NCBI RefSeq assembly: GCF_002498065.1
Contig: NZ_DAFZ01000109.1
Coordinates: 2,542 to 66,541 of the forward strand
DNA from: Methanoculleus sp. UBA208
GTDB taxonomy: Archaea > Halobacteriota > Methanomicrobia > Methanomicrobiales > Methanoculleaceae
Length of the DNA stretch: 64,000 nucleotides
Direction of reading: 5' to 3'
The notes below the pieces were generated by a model, which saw only the letters and a list, made by a program, of their open reading frames with translations, was not told where the DNA came from and did not search any database. Every line of letters starts with the position of its first letter. Positions within the stretch are counted from its first letter, which is position 1. This document shows, in pieces, positions 60,192 to 64,000 of this stretch. The position numbers and the translations under genes are program-made.

Positions 60192-62846
60192 TCAGGATTT
60201 CTTTAACCCATCCACCCTCACCGTCCCGAGGCTGCCGTCCACCTCCACCACCTGCCCGTCCGAGAGCATCGCGGTTGCGTTCTCGATGCCGACAACGCAG
60301 GGTTTTCCGTACTCGCGGGCGATGATCGAACCGTGCTGCAGGAGCCCGCCCACCTCGAGGACGATGCCGCCCGCGGTGATGAACAGCGGCGTCCACCCGG
60401 GGTCCGCCGCCCCGATCACGAGGATCTCCCCCGGACGGACCTCTTTTTCGCCGGGGTAGCGGAGCACTTTCACCGGGCCGCAGGCCATCCCCCCCGAGAC
60501 GCCGTAGCCCCGGAGTTCACCGGGCCCCGGTTCCCTGGCCGGCGGCCTCCGGATACGTCCCCGGGAATCGATGAGCGCGGGGAAACGACGGCACCTCTCG
60601 ACCCGCACGTAGTCCGCCCGGTTCTTCTCCACCACCGCTCGCAGGTCCGCACCGGGGTTCTCAAGGGCGTCGCGGACGTCCTCGACGGCGAGGAGAAAGA
60701 CGTCTTCTGCGGCGCCGATCCGGCCCGCGGATGCCAGGCGCCGGCCGTTCTCGAGCGCTCTCTTCCGGACGCGCCCCGTCACCGTGACCAGGTAGTGCTT
60801 GTGGTCTTCGCGCAACCCCCCGAAGTTCTCGAGCACCCCGGAGAGGTGCCTGAAGTACCGGGCTTTCAGGCGGCCCTGCTTCCGGAAGTAGCCGTAAAGC
60901 TCCGCATACGCCCGCTCCCGGTCCCGTTGCATCTCGAGGAACCGCTCGCCCGGGCTCATCGCCCCGCCGCTGGCAGGGTGGAGGTTTTTGATCTGGGCCA
61001 GGAGAAGCAGGCGGTCGCCCGCATACCCCTTCGCGGCAGGGTCGATCTCGCGCGGGCCCCGGCACCCGTAGGCCTTCATGAACTCCCCCCACGCTTCCAT
61101 GAACGGTCCGGGCATCTCTCTGCGCTCTATGCGTTCTTCGAGGGCAGGCAGATCCAGGAAGAGCGCCGGGTCGACCTGCTCTGCAAGGCGGTGCATGGAG
61201 CGGCCCATCCGCGTCGTGACGTTTTCCGGGTGCGCCCGGTCCAGCCGTTCCGCCAGCATCCGGATCTCCCGTGGTTCGTCTGCAACCATCCGCCGCAGGA
61301 GCAGGCGGGCGGCCTCTGAGCAGATCAGCGTGGCTCCCGTAGACTCTTTGACGAGCCGGACGACCAGCCGGCCCGATTTCTCGCAGAACCCCTGCAGGTC
61401 CGGGGTTGTTGCGTCGAGTTCCTCAATGGCGGCTTCAAACGCCGTAACCCTCTCTGCATACCACCGTTGCAGGCGGCCGGGGAAGAGGAAGCCCAGCACC
61501 GATCTCCCGATCAGGTCCTTTGAGCGCCAGAGCGATGAAGAGACGATCCGGTTCATCAGTCCGGGCCTCTCCGGGTTTTGCCACTCCCGCGGATCGAGAT
61601 TGCGCAGCACCTCCGCCGTCGATGCATCAAGCCCCTCGAACTGCAGGGCGATCATCCAGGGCTTCTCCAGCCAGAGGAGGTTCGAGACGTTGAGATAGAT
61701 CCTCCCGCCGAGCGTCTGCCCGAGGCCTTCTTCGATGTCGCTGCCGATCCCGGCAACGCCCGTCAGCTCTTCGAGCGTGTACGCGAGAATCCGGTCGAGC
61801 CACGACGACCCGAAGGGCGTGAGAGACCCCTGCATGCCGTGCTCGATCAGGGTGACGTCCATGTAGAGGCGGGCGGGTTCTCCGGGCGGGGTCATGAGCC
61901 TCTTATCAAGCGGGAGAAGCGCCGTCACCGGCCGGGCCTGCAGGAGAAAGCAGGCATCCCCGGAGAACGTCCACTCGACATCGACCGGATGGCCGAAGAG
62001 GGACTCGGTCTCCAGCACCAGGTCGCGCAGCCGGCAGACCTCCTCTTCGGTGAGCGACCACTCATCGGTGCGGTAGCCGGCCCGCTCCTCGATACCGCCG
62101 CCGGGCGAGAAGAAGAGCGAGACCTGCTTTCCGCCCCGCCGTTTCGCGAGGATCCCGTCCCCATGTTCGACGACGAACAGGTCGGGCGTGGCCCGTCCCG
62201 AGACGATGCTTTCGCCGAGGCCCCAGTTCGCGTTGACGACGACTTCGTCTAACGAGTTGGTCTCCGGGTTTGCCGAGAAGGCGACCCCCGATGCCCTGCT
62301 CTCCACGAGGTGCTGGACGATGACCGCGATCCCGGCATCGCGGGCCGGGAGGCCCGACTCTCTTTGGTACGCAAAGACCCGGGGCTCGAACCGGGACGCA
62401 TATACGTCCCGTAAGGCCGATTCCAGCGCCTCTTTTCGGATCCCGAGCCGCGTCCGGTACATGCCTGCGGCTGCGGCACCTGCCAGGTCCTCGTCGGCTG
62501 CGGACGAGCGGACGGCGTACAGCCCGTCCGGCAGCCGGTCCAGCGCCCGGTGCAGCCCTTCCCGCTGGCAGTCCGAGAACGCGAGCGTGCCGCACGCCGC
62601 GGCGACCTGCCGGATTGCTGCGTCCCGTTCTCCGTCGTCGGCGGAGAGCAGGTTCTGCCAGGCGCCGGTCTTTTGGAGCGCTGCCGTCCACTCCGCAAAA
62701 AAGTCCGCCGTGAGAACGAACCCCGGCGGGACGGGGAGGCCGGCCCGGATCATCCGGTGCAGCGATGCCGCCTTCCCTCCCATGGCCCTGCCGGTATCGG
62801 CACCCCTGTCGCCGAGGAATATGACGGAACCGCTGCAGCCATCCAT
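60192..62846 (-). CDS. PEP-utilising dikinase of rifampicin-phosphotransferase-like architecture (PPDK_N ATP-grasp, central domain of about 400 aa, C-terminal swivelling His domain)
   Basis: Track ORF, 884 aa. The N-terminus has GGKAASLHRMIRAGLPVPPGFVLT...VRSSAADEDL...VDVEWTF...LLQARPVT. The C-terminus has ILVIGAADPGWTPLFITAGGIVLEVGGLLQHGSIIAREYGKPCVVG, which contains the catalytic His. Confidence 0.85.
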   Translation of the reverse strand: MDGCSGSVIFLGDRGADTGRAMGGKAASLHRMIRAGLPVPPGFVLTADFFAEWTAALQKTGAWQNLLSADDGERDAAIRQVAAACGTLAFSDCQREGLHRALDRLPDGLYAVRSSAADEDLAGAAAAGMYRTRLGIRKEALESALRDVYASRFEPRVFAYQRESGLPARDAGIAVIVQHLVESRASGVAFSANPETNSLDEVVVNANWGLGESIVSGRATPDLFVVEHGDGILAKRRGGKQVSLFFSPGGGIEERAGYRTDEWSLTEEEVCRLRDLVLETESLFGHPVDVEWTFSGDACFLLQARPVTALLPLDKRLMTPPGEPARLYMDVTLIEHGMQGSLTPFGSSWLDRILAYTLEELTGVAGIGSDIEEGLGQTLGGRIYLNVSNLLWLEKPWMIALQFEGLDASTAEVLRNLDPREWQNPERPGLMNRIVSSSLWRSKDLIGRSVLGFLFPGRLQRWYAERVTAFEAAIEELDATTPDLQGFCEKSGRLVVRLVKESTGATLICSEAARLLLRRMVADEPREIRMLAERLDRAHPENVTTRMGRSMHRLAEQVDPALFLDLPALEERIERREMPGPFMEAWGEFMKAYGCRGPREIDPAAKGYAGDRLLLLAQIKNLHPASGGAMSPGERFLEMQRDRERAYAELYGYFRKQGRLKARYFRHLSGVLENFGGLREDHKHYLVTVTGRVRKRALENGRRLASAGRIGAAEDVFLLAVEDVRDALENPGADLRAVVEKNRADYVRVERCRRFPALIDSRGRIRRPPAREPGPGELRGYGVSGGMACGPVKVLRYPGEKEVRPGEILVIGAADPGWTPLFITAGGIVLEVGGLLQHGSIIAREYGKPCVVGIENATAMLSDGQVVEVDGSLGTVRVDGLKKS

Positions 62847-62996
62847 GCTTAGAGGTTAATTTGCCTCTCCGCAGTTATGTGCATTGCCATGGACGGGCGG
62901 AGGGTAAACCGCCGTGCTCTCCCGGATCGCCCATCGCCATTGCCTTCCGGGCAATGGGGGAGGCGGATCTTTCCGGGTTAAGGGGTTTCCACAATC

Positions 62997-63012
62997 ATAT
63001 ATACATAATAAA
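62997..63012 (+). promoter_or_regulatory. TATA-like box upstream of the PAS gene
   Basis: atatatacataataaa lies about 40 nt upstream of ATG 63047, in the divergent intergenic region. Confidence 0.3.
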
Positions 63013-63046
63013 GACAGGATCCCTTTGTGCAAGTGGAGTCCTGCCG

Positions 63047-64000
63047 ATGACACCACCCTCCGGTGCTTCCGCTGAACCCGGGCCGGCACCGCACACGCTC
63101 GACCTGCTTGACGAGGGCGTGTTTCTGGTCGGTCCAGAGAACCGTATCGCCTGGATCAACAGAGCGCTGCAGCACTCTCTCGGTGTCGACCGGGACGCTC
63201 TTTTCGGCGTCGCCGCCGGGGAGTTCCTGAACCGGTTTCTTCTGCCCCGGATCGTCGAAGAGGAGTGCCGACGGGCGATATCGACATCATTACGGGACCG
63301 TGCCGACCTCCCGGCCCTTGCCTGCACCCTCCGGACCGCCGACGGCGGAGAGCGGCGGATCCGGTGCTCCAGCAGGGTCGGAGAGGACGGCATGCACCTC
63401 GTCCGCCTGCAGGACCGCCGGCCGGATGGCGAGCAGGAGATGCTGGAAACCATCCTTTCGTACCTGCCGGAGACGGTGAACATCCTGGACCGAGACCTCC
63501 GGTACGTCTACGTGGACGCGGAGTTCGCCCGTAAACTCGGCCGGGAGCCGCACGAGATGGTGGGGAAGACCTGGGAGGAGCTCGGGTTTACGATGGAGGG
63601 GGCGGGCCCGTACTTCGAGAAGGTCAGGGAGGTCTTTGCCACCGGCAAGCAGGTGCGGGGAGAGGTCCGCCATGCCGTAATACAGGATTTCGAGTACAGC
63701 GAGTACATCTCGGTCCCGATCCCCGGTCCCTCGGGAAGGGTCGAGCGGGTCCTGACGGTCTCACGCGACATCACCGGCCGGAAGCGGGCGGAGCGGAGGA
63801 TGGCGCACGAGCGCGAACTGCTGCAGGCGATCATCGATGCGATCCCGGTGATGATCACGATCTACGATCCGAACCTGAAGACGTTCCGGTTCAACCGCGC
63901 GTTGCGCGAGACGCTGGGCTGGACGGAGGAAGACGCAAGCAGCGGGGATCTCATGGCGTTATGCTACCCCGACCCCGGGTACCGGGAGATGGTCGGCCGG
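63047..64000 (+). CDS. Multi-PAS sensor protein, 5' part (continues beyond the window)
   Basis: Hand translation runs from ATG 63047 to the window end without a stop. MTPPSGASAEPGPAPHTLDLLDEGVFLVGPENRIAWINRALQHSLGV...VSRDITGRKRAERRMAHERELLQAIIDAIPVMITIYD. It is absent from the track because it is open-ended. Confidence 0.8.
   Translation, partial: MTPPSGASAEPGPAPHTLDLLDEGVFLVGPENRIAWINRALQHSLGVDRDALFGVAAGEFLNRFLLPRIVEEECRRAISTSLRDRADLPALACTLRTADGGERRIRCSSRVGEDGMHLVRLQDRRPDGEQEMLETILSYLPETVNILDRDLRYVYVDAEFARKLGREPHEMVGKTWEELGFTMEGAGPYFEKVREVFATGKQVRGEVRHAVIQDFEYSEYISVPIPGPSGRVERVLTVSRDITGRKRAERRMAHERELLQAIIDAIPVMITIYDPNLKTFRFNRALRETLGWTEEDASSGDLMALCYPDPGYREMVGR

Overview
GC-rich euryarchaeal chromosome segment, read by eye only (no searches were run). 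It is almost certainly from a methanogen of the Methanomicrobiales (Methanoculleus-like). The evidence is TFE, aTrm56, an archaeal AlaRS, 6-phospho-3-hexuloisomerase, the methanogen-type homocysteine genes (COG1900-CBS plus NIL-ferredoxin), PGF-CTERM-like and PEGA surface proteins, and many PAS sensor kinases. I support about 55 protein genes, one tRNA-Leu(GAG), and no rRNA or CRISPR array. Most long antisense ORFs in the track are GC-driven shadow ORFs, rich in Arg, Pro and Gly.

The core is housekeeping:
- alaS, tfe, trm56, PHI, an aminotransferase and an M42 peptidase.
- An Lhr-MPE repair pair.
- A homocysteine-biosynthesis operon.
- A cluster of three PAS-rich sensor proteins.

The parts worth a second look are:
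1. At the left edge, a translationally coupled CARF-like small protein plus PIN-domain protein, with no CRISPR-Cas nearby. Next to it lie an HTH-excisionase fusion gene and a decayed yhhQ-like pseudogene.
2. An accessory island at about 46-57.5 kb. It holds a class II Fic protein, a clearly AT-richer insert with winged-helix genes, a bacterial-type AddB/AddA helicase-nuclease pair, and an MNT/HEPN toxin-antitoxin pair.
3. At 57.9-62.8 kb, a fusion of an AttH/CrtC-like hydratase-fold domain to a polyprenyl synthase. Its conserved N-terminus has no canonical start codon. It follows a rifampicin-phosphotransferase-like PEP-utilising dikinase.
4. Two paralogous, hairpin-dense noncoding elements of about 400 bp in unusually large intergenic gaps (24.6-25.2 kb and 43.0-43.4 kb).
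5. A striking number of interrupted reading frames: two in-frame TAG codons and at least six frameshifts, several at homopolymer runs. These are either assembly errors or real gene decay.

All family assignments rest on motifs I can read in the translations and need profile searches to confirm.
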